From Candidatus Bathyarchaeota archaeon (GTDB lineage: Archaea > Thermoproteota > Bathyarchaeia > Bathyarchaeales > Bathycorpusculaceae), in contig CAVTBV010000004.1 of assembly GCA_963733095.1 (NCBI GenBank), positions 20,550 through 84,549 of the forward strand: a DNA stretch of 64,000 bases, read 5' to 3'. The position numbers and the translations under genes are program-made. Under the pieces are notes generated by a model that was not told the DNA's origin, made no database searches, and saw nothing but the letters and a program-made list of their open reading frames with translations. Below, piece by piece: positions 51,266 to 61,517 of this stretch (the first letter of the stretch is position 1; every line of letters begins with the position of its first letter).

Positions 51266-52406
51266 CTACCTGATGTACGCTTGGCTCGTCAACGCTCTAA
51301 CACATCCATTCTGAACCCTAGCAAGAGCAACCGCAACCTCGCAAAGCATACAAAGAGCCGCATGCAGCCTTGCCTTACGCAAACCCTTCTCCACCAACCC
51401 ATCCAAGATCCAGCCAATCCTTCTGGTGTCCATGCGTACCCTCAATGACACTGCGAGGAGAAGAATACAGCGACAGCCAACATTTCCTGTCACGTCTAAA
51501 CCAAGCTAAACTCTGGTTCCCAAAATAGGCGCCAGCATACTCATGCTCACCCAGCGATTGCTAATGCACAAACTATGTCTTCCAACTTATTCTTCTCAGG
51601 ATCTGGCTGCAATGCCTAGCTCAGCGAGCTTCCCAAGAGTCAGCTTACCAGCCTTGATCATTTTCGGAAAGCGTAGCTTAAGGGTCTTGGGATTACCTCT
51701 CCAACTGAATTTGTTTCGTTTGCGAAAGCCGATGAGCAGTTTGATGCCTAGGAAATTTGGGATTTCAAAGTTGAAGTAATGAGCATAGCCATTATCTAGT
51801 GCTAGCAGTTCAGGTTTAAAGTCGTCAGCTAACGTCTTAGCAAGTATGGGAACCATGAATTGGCCTTCGTCAACGTTGCCTGGCGTGACAACCCAGTTTA
51901 GGGTCAAGCCAGTCACTGCGCAGATGAGATGATGGAGAAGATAGCATCTCATCTTGTAGTGGCCGTTGTAGGCTGCTTGCTTATCGCTACTTTGAGCGGC
52001 TATGTGGGTGGCGTCTGCACAGATTATTTTGCCCATTTGAGTTCCTTGTGCAGCGAGGGTTTGATTGATGATCTTCATCATTTCAGTATGTATTGTTTCA
52101 AGTCCGTCGGGGCCTACGCGTTTGTTGAGCCAATGCCAGAGTGTCTTGTAGCTTGGTTTGTGCTTGAAGCCTAGAAGTTTGATTGTTTGGTTGTCGAGTT
52201 CTCTGTAGAGTTCGGTTAGGAATTTGTATCGTTTTAGTTTTTGGAGAGCAAGGAGTTTTAGGAATGCTTCCGGAGGATGCCTGATCTTGTAGGGTTCGAT
52301 GTAGAAGCGTCTTAGGGTATTAACGATTGGCGATAGGTCTAAGAAGACTTATGAACTGTACTGCGTCTATAGGTATATTCGGGGCAGGGTCAACGAAATT
52401 GGCCAT
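51266..52406 (-). mobile_element. Frameshifted DDE transposase (IS4/IS5/IS1182-like DDE_Tnp_1) remnant
   Basis: Pieces across frames: HPPEAFLKL...PSYKTLWHW, ADATH (D), LDNGY (D), RSVIEGTHG..K (E) and GLRKARLH; at least three frameshifts. Confidence 0.82.
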
Positions 52407-52716
52407 TTCCCTCTACATATAATATTATGTGTGGAGGCCTGCTCCAATATGGCGACAAAAGCTGATTAGAAACCCCCACTATAAAAACAATAAAAAAGTT
52501 GGAAGACGGACCTTATGATACTTTATGCTCAGCCTCAAAGCCTTTAAACTCAACCAGGACAAGTATCCTATAAGGTTCATCGTGAACAAAACACCCGCCT
52601 GAGACAAAAAAGACAAGCATTCTATCGAATGACAAAATGAAGCTGTCAGCGCTTTGAGTTTAATCAAACTATCTTATTATGAAAGTTTACGATGTTAAAC
52701 CTGAGAGTGTGCTAAC

Positions 52717-53070
52717 TTGAGTCATACCCATGACATTAAAAAAACCCATGTATCATTTATTGAATTCGACGATGTTATGTTCACCAAATTGGCGAACACC
52801 AGCTATTTTGGTGAAGGCAACTCTAAAGGCAGACTGTTAGAGTTTGATTTTGAATATTGTCTTAATTGCAGCTTAAGGTTGCTCGATGGCAAGCCAATCA
52901 TGACCCGCGATATTTTAGAGGCTGAGTTCGAAAGATTGGTTCTTCAAGCAAAAAAAGGCAACTATGTAAGTGCTGAGAAGACAACGCTTCAGCACTCTGA
53001 TTTTGAATGTCTTGAACGGTTAATTAAAAGTGCCTTAGAATTTGGTAAACTAAGAGAAAGAAAACCTTGA
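52717..53070 (+). CDS. Hypothetical protein
   Basis: 117-aa ORF with TTG start; no recognisable motif. Confidence 0.5.
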   Translation: MSHTHDIKKTHVSFIEFDDVMFTKLANTSYFGEGNSKGRLLEFDFEYCLNCSLRLLDGKPIMTRDILEAEFERLVLQAKKGNYVSAEKTTLQHSDFECLERLIKSALEFGKLRERKP

Positions 53071-53335
53071 ATGGTTAGCTGACAGACATTTTTGGAAGCT
53101 GAGACCTGTTCATGCTTTTAAATCTAGATAGCGTCATCTTTACCCATGGAAGCCTGTGAACTAGTCAGGCTCATCTTCAACAAAGAAATCGTTAGCCATT
53201 CACATCCTATTCTACGCAAGAATCAAAAGCCTCCAAAAACGACACACGCATCCATCATTACCTAAAAAACACACCCCTTCATCGCCCAAAAACTTGGGGC
53301 TACACCAAATCCCAGAAGCAGCACCGGTCTTCGCA

Positions 53336-53735
53336 ATGACTTACGCTATGGGCTTTCAAACTAGCGGTCGGCATCTCAGCCTACTCGTTTGCATTCATAC
53401 TTGAACTGGTCTTATCAGTGTCCAACGTGGCTTTGACTCAGTCATTGCCTCCATCGCAAAATCCTCCAATGCATCCATAGGCTTACACTTCCTGTTTGTG
53501 CTTCCGCAACTATTACTCGGTAGGTTCGTTGGTGCATTGCTCTCTTGTGACGCCCAAATCGCAGGCAAATTCGTCCCTAGCCACTACGTTACAGACACCT
53601 TAACTTCGCTGTTCCTGAAGGGTGCTCCACTGGGAATCTAACCGTGCTTGTGGACTTGGTGTAATTTCAATGTCATTCGTCGTCATAATAGCAGCCGGCA
53701 TAGTGCTGAACGCGAAATACTGCAAAATCTACGCC
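53336..53735 (+). pseudogene. ABC-2-type transporter permease C-terminal remnant
   Basis: Frameshifted fragments AFILELVLSVSNV, IASIAKSSNA, FLFVLPQLLLG and KFVPSHYVTDTLTSLFL.G. Confidence 0.55.
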
Positions 53736-53823
53736 GCTCCAACTTTCCTTTTTCCCTTTCTTCTTTGCTTGGCAAGTATGTTTAACAGCACGTTTTTTAA
53801 TTAGACTTTAAAGGCTGATTGGT

Positions 53824-54450
53824 TTGGTTGATACATGGCGTGAACCCTATCATGTTGTAATCGAAGTCGAAAACAAGGAATGCAAGATGGTTGGAAAACT
53901 TGCATCGCTTGGGTTTAAGCACCTCAAAGTTGTTGACGTGCGAAGTTCAAACAGCGGCTCCGTTCGACATTTGATGGATGTGGGCGAAGACCAAAGGCTC
54001 AAAGTTCCCAAAGAACTCGCCGCCAAAGGCCACGTGGAAGGCAAATCAGCAGTGTGGCTGGAAAGCGAGGGCTGCGGAGTATGCAACACAATTTTGGCTC
54101 ATGACGCTTTTTTGGTGTCGGGCAAAAGCATGCAAGGCAACATAATAACCTACAGTTTCATGGTGCCGACCGCTGACGCCTACAGAGGCATATTGTCTGA
54201 TTTGGAAAAAGCTGGTCACAAAGTAAAAATCCTCAAAGTCGGCAAGTTCGAACAGCAAATAGGCGTTTTAACCGAGAATCAAGAGAGAATTTTTTGGTTG
54301 GCACTCAAAAGCGGCTTTTTTGATTATCCGCGGCAGATTGGTATGGCGGAGTTGGCGGCTAAGTTGGGCATTAGTGCGGCGACGCTCTCTGAGATTATGA
54401 GACGGGGAACGCGGAGGCTGCTGGAGCATTATTTTAAGCGTGAAATATAG
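53824..54450 (+). CDS. HTH_10 (Bat-like) transcriptional regulator
   Basis: LTENQERI..LA...GFFDYPRQI...ELA.KLGIS.ATLSE..RR. Confidence 0.88.
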   Translation: MVDTWREPYHVVIEVENKECKMVGKLASLGFKHLKVVDVRSSNSGSVRHLMDVGEDQRLKVPKELAAKGHVEGKSAVWLESEGCGVCNTILAHDAFLVSGKSMQGNIITYSFMVPTADAYRGILSDLEKAGHKVKILKVGKFEQQIGVLTENQERIFWLALKSGFFDYPRQIGMAELAAKLGISAATLSEIMRRGTRRLLEHYFKREI

Positions 54451-54591
54451 TGACGAGAACCGAAACAAAGTAGAAATCTACTGCACGCTCACGGACTACA
54501 TTACCGGTTTTATGGGAAAAATCAGGGTTTAGCCTTTTGTCTAATATAAATTTTCAAAAATGACTGATGCTATGGTAATTTTTATGGAGGT

Positions 54592-54999
54592 TTAATGGCT
54601 TATTTCAGCGGATTCTTCACGTGTCTTTAGTTTCTCTTCCAAAAGAACGAGCAGTTCCTGAGGTTTCACTGGCTTGACCAAATAAGCATCTGCGCCTTCA
54701 TCGAGCGCTTTAACACCCGTTTCAAGGGATGGAAAACCAGTAATCATGATTTTAACTGTGTGTTGGAGTTGTTTTTTGAGTTTTGCAAGTAAATCAGTAC
54801 CATCCATATCTGGAAGCCTAATGTCTACCAGCGCTAGGTCGTAGTGGCCTTTTTCAGCTTTTTCTATTGCTTCTTTGCCTGTTTCTGCTGTTTCAATTTC
54901 ATAACCGCTCTTTTGCAGAATACGCGTGAAGGTTCGCAGAATCGATTTATCGTCGTCAACAACGAGTATTGTTTTTTTAGATGTTGCCACTTCTAACAT
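54592..54999 (-). CDS. Standalone response-regulator receiver domain
   Basis: ILVVDDD, LVDIRLPDMDG, ITG and YLVKP. Confidence 0.92.
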   Translation of the reverse strand: MLEVATSKKTILVVDDDKSILRTFTRILQKSGYEIETAETGKEAIEKAEKGHYDLALVDIRLPDMDGTDLLAKLKKQLQHTVKIMITGFPSLETGVKALDEGADAYLVKPVKPQELLVLLEEKLKTREESAEISH

Positions 55000-55171
55000 T
55001 CCCTCTTAATTATAATTTTGGCTTTTCTTAAACCTTGCGCGGTCATAATAAGCCCCAAATCTTTGAGTTATCAAGCCAACTTGATGATTGGTTTGATTCA
55101 ACAAAGACTTCTTGCCCTTTACCATGGACAATCCTAACAATGTTTTCCGAGATTAATAAACGCTATCCCCC

Positions 55172-56719
55172 TTGATAAATTCAAAACGAAATGTTAACAA
55201 TAAAGTTATAACTCAGCAAAAGAAGATAAAATTGAGTATAACCGGTTTTGAGCGCATGGTATCTGCACGCATTTCTTACACAATAGACACCGAAGTTCCA
55301 TCCGCATACTATGAGAAGCTATTTGACTTCATTTATACGCAGTACCTTGTTCCGCAAAAACAACGATTCACAAACCTATTTCGGGAAACATCTCCGGGTA
55401 GCAACAAAATCTCATACGTTGTTCTCGATGCGCAAGGAAGACAAATTATAAGAGTTGAAGTGACAGGTAAAGACACCGTAAACGCTAACATAACACCCTT
55501 AGAATCGGATGTTTCAGAGGTAACCCTCAAAGAAGCAAGACAAGATGTTCTCATCGCAACTGAGCTGTTTGAGGAAAAGGCCCGTAAAGCGACATGGTAT
55601 TTTGCGTGGCGAGAAGGCGAAGAAATTGTACCTGAAAAAGTAAAGCTTCATGAAAAAAGCTTCAACCGCCTTTTCTTGGAAACCCAAGTTTTATTAACCT
55701 TCGTATTTATTGGGCTTGGACTGGGACTATTCGTTGTTGTTTTAGCATTTTACCCAAGCTACTTCTGGCTTGTCCCAATAATTTTGATTGCTTCACAATT
55801 CGTATTTGTCTTCTACTCAAACAAGATAATTGCCCGGTCAGGTGAGTGGACAATTACCAAGGAAAACCCCTACATACAATTCTTGGAATATCAGCCTCCA
55901 GTCGGGTCTTTAGGCACGTTAGATGACTATAAACAAATTTCGCCCGAACAGCTGGTAACTTTAAAGAAAGAAGTCTATGAAGAAATAACCGCCAAACACG
56001 GCGCAATCGACTGCCAAGAAGCAGAAAAAATCTTCACCAAATACGATGTATCATGCAGACTCGGCAGTCTATCAGCCAAAAAAATCAACGTCTACGAACT
56101 GGTAAAGAAAGTTGCCGACCGTTTCGGGTACAAAGTACCTAAAATCGTGATTTCGAACACGATGGTTCCCAACGCAGCAGCTTCGGGTCCCAGCCCCAGC
56201 CGAGGCATAGTTTTGATAACTACTGGATTGCTTGTTCAATTAGAGGAGCCTGAGGTCATAAGCGTTTTAGGGCATGAATTTGGGCATCTTAGAGGCAGAG
56301 ACCCCTTAATCCTGTTTGGGCTGTTGAGCGCAGAGTTCCTGTTTCGGTTCTATGTATTGCTAGCGTTTTTCCCCTTCATATTCACTTCTCTGCTGTTCTT
56401 CATCTACTTCTTCGCAGTTATGACCCTAATATTCTTCATAGCGAAATTCTTTGAAGCCCGCGCAGACTTGACGTCGGCTATAATGATGGGGCAACCTAAG
56501 GTGATGGCTAGGTCGCTTGAGAAAATTGGGTTCCACAGACTTTTGTTTGAGCGAACGCCGAGTTTTCGTTTGCAGGAGTGGGTTGGCTTAGATTCGCACC
56601 CGCCGATTTACTTTAGAGTGGAACGTTTAGAGAATCTTGGAGATGAGAAGATTAAACATCCACTGGTTCAGTCGATTAAGGATGTGGTTAGAGGTTTTGC
56701 CGCTACCCTAAAAAGCTAA
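55172..56719 (+). CDS. M48 (HtpX-like) membrane zinc metalloprotease with long N-terminal extension
   Basis: PNAAA.G, TTGLL, HEFGH, EARAD and HPP..R; likely start ATG at 55256. Confidence 0.88.
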   Translation: MINSKRNVNNKVITQQKKIKLSITGFERMVSARISYTIDTEVPSAYYEKLFDFIYTQYLVPQKQRFTNLFRETSPGSNKISYVVLDAQGRQIIRVEVTGKDTVNANITPLESDVSEVTLKEARQDVLIATELFEEKARKATWYFAWREGEEIVPEKVKLHEKSFNRLFLETQVLLTFVFIGLGLGLFVVVLAFYPSYFWLVPIILIASQFVFVFYSNKIIARSGEWTITKENPYIQFLEYQPPVGSLGTLDDYKQISPEQLVTLKKEVYEEITAKHGAIDCQEAEKIFTKYDVSCRLGSLSAKKINVYELVKKVADRFGYKVPKIVISNTMVPNAAASGPSPSRGIVLITTGLLVQLEEPEVISVLGHEFGHLRGRDPLILFGLLSAEFLFRFYVLLAFFPFIFTSLLFFIYFFAVMTLIFFIAKFFEARADLTSAIMMGQPKVMARSLEKIGFHRLLFERTPSFRLQEWVGLDSHPPIYFRVERLENLGDEKIKHPLVQSIKDVVRGFAATLKS

Positions 56720-57195
56720 AATCTTCCCCGTTTGCAACCAAGTCCACCTTTCCGCATTTTGGTTTTTTGTCGATAAAGCCAAACTAAGACTAATCCCTGA
56801 TGAAGCTAAAACAACTTAGTAAGAAGCAACATTATTCATTGCTGGGATTGATGGTGTTGAGGAAGGTGAAGTCGTCGGGGTGCAGATGGTGGCAAAGAAT
56901 AAGCAGGGTTGCCTATCACGAAATTCCTCTCATTATCTAACCCGTAGTAGTAATGCAGAGTTGTTTGTTAAGCACGACTGCGCAACTACTGATCTCTGGG
57001 CTTGTTTTGTGTCCACAGTATTCAGCCAATCATAGAATCGCGCATGGTATTCGGTCTGAGCATACTCCATATTGTAAGAATAATTATGAGTTGAAAAACC
57101 AATAAAAGAAATACCATTCGTCTATCCAAATAAAAAAGTGTCTTCCTTAAATAAGGACACTGAAATCGTATCAATTATTGTCTTGCGGGATTGTC

Positions 57196-58632
57196 TTATT
57201 TTTTAGATTCATTATTTCTTAGAGTTTGGCAAATCTTAATCAGCGAACTAATTCTATGTCTGCTTACCCAAACCAGTCCTGACAACAAAAACGCGTACCC
57301 AAAATACTGGACACTCATGAGGAGGCTAGTTACGCCGATTGGAGCATCATTAAAAAGTGAATAGCCCAAGTTAACATGAGGTTCTACTTTGAAAAGCAAA
57401 TAATTCCACGTGGAAAATAAATGCACATAATTCATGTTATAACTTATTGCTGCCCCCACCAATATGAAGCATGCTAAAGCAACGAAAAAATAGGGTATCT
57501 TGTTTAGTTTCTTTTTTCCCTTGTTTAAATTAATAAGTGAAATGTTTTTGGTTATCAATGATGCAGCTAACAAACTGAAGAATGGTAGTGATTGATAATC
57601 ATATTTTATTGCGTTTTGATAAGGAGATTTAAGGTCTAAACTTGCCCCCAAAAAAGTGTTAACGCCAATAACACAAATAATAGCGGCTAAAAAGATAGCG
57701 TCAAAAACTAAAAACTTGTGAAATAAGCGTCTTTGAATCACGCACATGATTAACGATAAGATTGCTGCATCAATAAAAAACCATCCTAAACCATAGCTTA
57801 CCAGAAAATTGCCAACAAAAAAATATGACGGAACAATGTTGCTGGGTTCATTGATTATAAAATCAGTATGAACAAAAATGGAGAACAGTCCCAATCCAGT
57901 AATTGTTTGATACCATAAATAAGAAACCAGTAACACAGGCAAGAAAAATGCCGCCAACCAGCTTACGATACGCATAATGTTTTTTGGTCTATAATAGAAG
58001 AAGAGGGCTAATAATGGGACAAGAACAAAGATCGCATACAATTTTGTATTAAATGCAGCCGCAAAAATAATCCCAGCAGCAAAAAAAAGTTTGAATGAAT
58101 CCCTGCGAACAGCAATTATTCCTACGAACAAAGCTAATAGACTGAAGAATAAACACTGCACATCTATTAGGAATGTTCTGGAGAGGACAAGGTGCCATGG
58201 GCTAAAAGCGAATAGAGCCGCCGCGAAAAAGCCCGTTGTCTTGTCATACAGAGTCTTCCCAATTCCATAAACTAAGGCAACGCATCCAAGCCCAAACAAA
58301 GTAACCAAGAATGTACCATTGTAAATTGATGAACCGAAAACTTTGAAGAAAACTGCTATAATGTAAAAGCCTAACGGAGGCTGGTTAATTAAGCACAAAC
58401 CGTTCGCATAGGGCAAACCATATTTCATTACTCCCGACACAGCATCGTATTCCCATGCTGTATCGCCGTTGTAGTAGGGTCCTATTGAAATAGCAACGAG
58501 CATGAACCCGATTAAAATGCTTAACAAGGGGTAATTTTCGATAAAGAATTTTTTTAGACTATCCACTTTTACAGGTTTTTCTACAGTTCTGTTCTTTTGT
58601 AGTATTCGGGTAGTTGATGCTCTGTTTTCCAA
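57196..58632 (-). CDS. ArnT/PMT-like (GT-C) membrane glycosyltransferase
   Basis: QPPLG, G..LY...G..AA.LFA.SP, SR..LID and TK motifs; multi-TM. Confidence 0.78.
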   Translation of the reverse strand: MENRASTTRILQKNRTVEKPVKVDSLKKFFIENYPLLSILIGFMLVAISIGPYYNGDTAWEYDAVSGVMKYGLPYANGLCLINQPPLGFYIIAVFFKVFGSSIYNGTFLVTLFGLGCVALVYGIGKTLYDKTTGFFAAALFAFSPWHLVLSRTFLIDVQCLFFSLLALFVGIIAVRRDSFKLFFAAGIIFAAAFNTKLYAIFVLVPLLALFFYYRPKNIMRIVSWLAAFFLPVLLVSYLWYQTITGLGLFSIFVHTDFIINEPSNIVPSYFFVGNFLVSYGLGWFFIDAAILSLIMCVIQRRLFHKFLVFDAIFLAAIICVIGVNTFLGASLDLKSPYQNAIKYDYQSLPFFSLLAASLITKNISLINLNKGKKKLNKIPYFFVALACFILVGAAISYNMNYVHLFSTWNYLLFKVEPHVNLGYSLFNDAPIGVTSLLMSVQYFGYAFLLSGLVWVSRHRISSLIKICQTLRNNESKK

Positions 58633-58742
58633 AGCTATTTACTATCCTTAAAACACCATTTATTGGTCTTTGAACATAAGGTTTTTCTATGATAAGGGTT
58701 TAAAAAAGTTGCAAATCAAAGAAACAGTATTTTAAACAGGTT

Positions 58743-59822
58743 TCAACCGACTATGTTCTTCAGGTAAGGTAACCTCTTTAATGGGGCGATTATGGCGAGG
58801 CAGATGAGTAGGGTAACTACAGTTATTAATGGAATTTCTATTATTGGATTGATTGTTGTTACGCTTATTTTAAAGCCCAAGTACCCTTTTTGGAGAGACT
58901 CCAAGACTATCACGTGGAAAAGGTAGATCGGCAAAGTATTTTCACTAATACTTTTGAGGACTTTGCTGCCGCGGGGAAATTTAGTTTCTACAGTTTGGTT
59001 GGGGATGGCGGCTAAGATAAGGAACAACGTGACTGAAGCGATTATAACACTAAAGCTTGATGCGTCAAGGAAGAATTGACTGTAATTTTCTCCTAATGTG
59101 CCAACCAGGAAATATGTTCCCATTATCGTCCAAACGGTGCTTAATGTTAAGCCTATGTAAAGAATTGACGGTCGAAAACGCAGCTTAGCTACGTAAGCTC
59201 CCAAGACAAAGTAGCCGATTAAACCAATCAATAGAAAAACACTGTCTCTAAACCACACAGCCTGTGGGCTAATGTTTGCGTATAGAATAAGCAGAGAAAC
59301 TATACCTGTGCCAACAAACCAAATGAGCAGAAAATACCGTATGATCCGCCAATCAGCATGAGCCACGACCACCCGCAAAATAGGCGTGACAAGGTATAAG
59401 CCGATCAAAATGTACACGTACCAAAAATGAACATACGGTCCCGCAAGCACACCCTGGAGGATGGAAACTGTTGTTAGGGCTTGTCCCTTAACCGTAAAGT
59501 CCCATGCAAAGAATATTGCGCCCCAAAACAGGACCGGTATCCCAATTCTGTTCCAACGTTTCTTAAAGAAAACCCGCAGTGGCTCATCAGCTTTGTTCGG
59601 CTGGAGCAGTAGGGCACCAGTTAACATGATGAACAATGGTACGGCTGTTCTTGATATCGAATCGTAAACGTTTGATGTCCACCAGAGTTGCACACCCTCA
59701 GGCGACATAAAATTCAAGGTTGGGTTGGGCTCGATTGCGGCATGAAGTAAAATAACAAGAATTATGGCTACTGTACGGATAAGGTCAACGGGAAGAGTAG
59801 TGCCCTGGGTCTTTGGGTACAT
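58743..59822 (-). CDS. Acyltransferase-3 family membrane O-acyltransferase
   Basis: DLIR.VAI..VILLH, AVPLFIM.TG.L, KKR..R, HFWY and IYLFH motifs. Confidence 0.9.
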   Translation of the reverse strand: MYPKTQGTTLPVDLIRTVAIILVILLHAAIEPNPTLNFMSPEGVQLWWTSNVYDSISRTAVPLFIMLTGALLLQPNKADEPLRVFFKKRWNRIGIPVLFWGAIFFAWDFTVKGQALTTVSILQGVLAGPYVHFWYVYILIGLYLVTPILRVVVAHADWRIIRYFLLIWFVGTGIVSLLILYANISPQAVWFRDSVFLLIGLIGYFVLGAYVAKLRFRPSILYIGLTLSTVWTIMGTYFLVGTLGENYSQFFLDASSFSVIIASVTLFLILAAIPNQTVETKFPRGSKVLKSISENTLPIYLFHVIVLESLQKGYLGFKISVTTINPIIEIPLITVVTLLICLAIIAPLKRLPYLKNIVG

Positions 59823-59924
59823 TTCGATCCCTTAAGTTTTATACTGTGTGTTTTGCTATTAACGATTTGCATTTACGCTAAAAAAAACGTTAGTTTGCAT
59901 GGAAAAGCAGTTTTGCAAAAAAAA

Positions 59925-60638
59925 TTAACTTACGTTGAAATAATAATCATTTGGGGAACCATCTGGCAACGTTATTGCGTCATATACGTTGGAAGCAATG
60001 AGTGATGCACCATCAGGGTTTGGATGCACCCCATCCATAAAATATTCTGAGTGGTTACCAAAAACATCGTACATGTTAACTGTAGGCAAATCTAATTGGT
60101 TTGCAACATTGTCAACATGCGGTATCACCGAATTAACAAGGTATGTATTGTTGTAACTTGAGGTAGTGCTGAAAATCGGCGGTGACTCAACAATCCAGAT
60201 TAGCTGATTACCCTCAAGATTTTCAAAAGAGGTGACCAACTGGATATAGTCAGATTCAAAATTGTCTTCGCTGTGAGCGATTTCTGGGTTAGCATCATTT
60301 GTTCCAAGCATTATTACAACTATGTCGGGATCGAAGTTTTCTGCGTTCTTGAATGCGGTCTGGTTCATGTAAGGTATAGTGGAATTTTGTGACACAGTGG
60401 ATCCGCAGACGCCAAAATTACCCACCGTATAGTTAGAGCCAAGTAGCATTTGAAGTTTGTAGGGATATCCGCTTCCCTGAGTTATACTGTCTCCCACACA
60501 AGCAACACGTACTGGTGTACCTAAAACAAGAGGTGTCGTTGCTACGCAGTATGCGGCAAGACCAGCTGACAGAATCATCACGGAAATTACGATTGCTGAT
60601 ACCGTTGTTTTCAGATCCATACCATTTGCCTCGACCAT
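59925..60638 (-). CDS. Membrane-anchored/secreted SGNH (GDSL) hydrolase
   Basis: N-terminal TM; GDSIT, NFGV.G, LGTND and DGVHP blocks. Confidence 0.9.
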   Translation of the reverse strand: MVEANGMDLKTTVSAIVISVMILSAGLAAYCVATTPLVLGTPVRVACVGDSITQGSGYPYKLQMLLGSNYTVGNFGVCGSTVSQNSTIPYMNQTAFKNAENFDPDIVVIMLGTNDANPEIAHSEDNFESDYIQLVTSFENLEGNQLIWIVESPPIFSTTSSYNNTYLVNSVIPHVDNVANQLDLPTVNMYDVFGNHSEYFMDGVHPNPDGASLIASNVYDAITLPDGSPNDYYFNVS

Positions 60639-60736
60639 TCAGCGTTTGACACTTACGCAATTGAAATATTGGTTTCTATTGGAAGATTCGAATGCTAAGG
60701 TTTTAACCAGAATAGAGGCTCATCCAATATAAAATT

Positions 60737-61035
60737 TTAGGTAGAAATAGCCTGTTCGTCTTCATCCACGGTGACAATAAATTCGAGTTCGGGCTCCTTC
60801 ACGATAATGGCACTTCTTCTTTTTATGAGGCTTGCCTTTAGCATTAACGAGCCGCTTATCATAGCTCCTAAACCACCCAAGATACACATGTAACGAGTGT
60901 AGCCTCCAAAAAGTGGGTGAACTCCCTCTGACCACCCAAATAGGGCAAACTCTAAGGCTGAGGTACCTACAATTAACGCTAAAGCTCCAACTGTAATTTT
61001 GTTTTTAAGATGTTCGATTATTTTAGGCGTTGCAT
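60737..61035 (-). pseudogene. Small two-TM protein with apparent 1-nt frameshift near the start
   Basis: ATG CAA CGC CTA AAA TAA; adding one A restores MQRLKIIEHLKNKITVGALALIVG...EDEQAIST. Confidence 0.4.
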
Positions 61036-61517
61036 TGCACCTTCTAGGCGGATATTGTTTAGGTGCACATTAAGTGTGGCATGGGTAAACGGTTTATGAA
61101 ATCAAGGTTCATATTTGAAATATTTTTTCGAAAAAACTTGTTCACCCCACATGTTAATAGTCTGAAAATCAGCTAATGCAGACCTATCCATCTATCGTTT
61201 CTGCATAAAACTACTATTAGGTTCCAAATAAAAAAATTTCAAACTGTCGCAGAAAAAGAAAGAGCACTATCTTACTTTTCTCTTTATTTTGCTTCCATCG
61301 TCAAATGTAAGAACCCTCTGTGCAGGGTTTACTTTTGGAGCGACTTTTTCAACAATTTTCTTTTCAGTTTTATTCGTGTTTAACAAGCTATCCGTTAGAC
61401 AAGAGATTCGACTTAAAACTTTGGTGGCTAATAAAATACTAATCGCTGCATTTTAATCACTAGAGTTTATCCATGCTTACTTTTAGAGGTGGTTTGCAAC
61501 TTCCTTTGTTGGTGTTG

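Noticed and set aside
52521-52536. CTTTATGCTCAGCCTC as the IS terminal inverted repeat
   Set aside because: It resembles GAGGCTG-type IS ends, but no matching partner or target-site duplication was found on the other side.
53250-53790. Possible RNase P or SRP RNA in the ORF-poor stretch
   Set aside because: No conserved RNA motifs; it is better explained as a decayed ABC permease.
56720-57100. Fragmentary - strand coding-like sequence (PTTSPSSTPS plus hydrophobic tail)
   Set aside because: Possibly a surface-protein remnant, but too degraded to support a call.
61267-61386. 39-aa - strand ORF (MLNTNKTEKKIVEK...)
   Set aside because: Short, with no motif or clear RBS; cannot be supported without conservation data.
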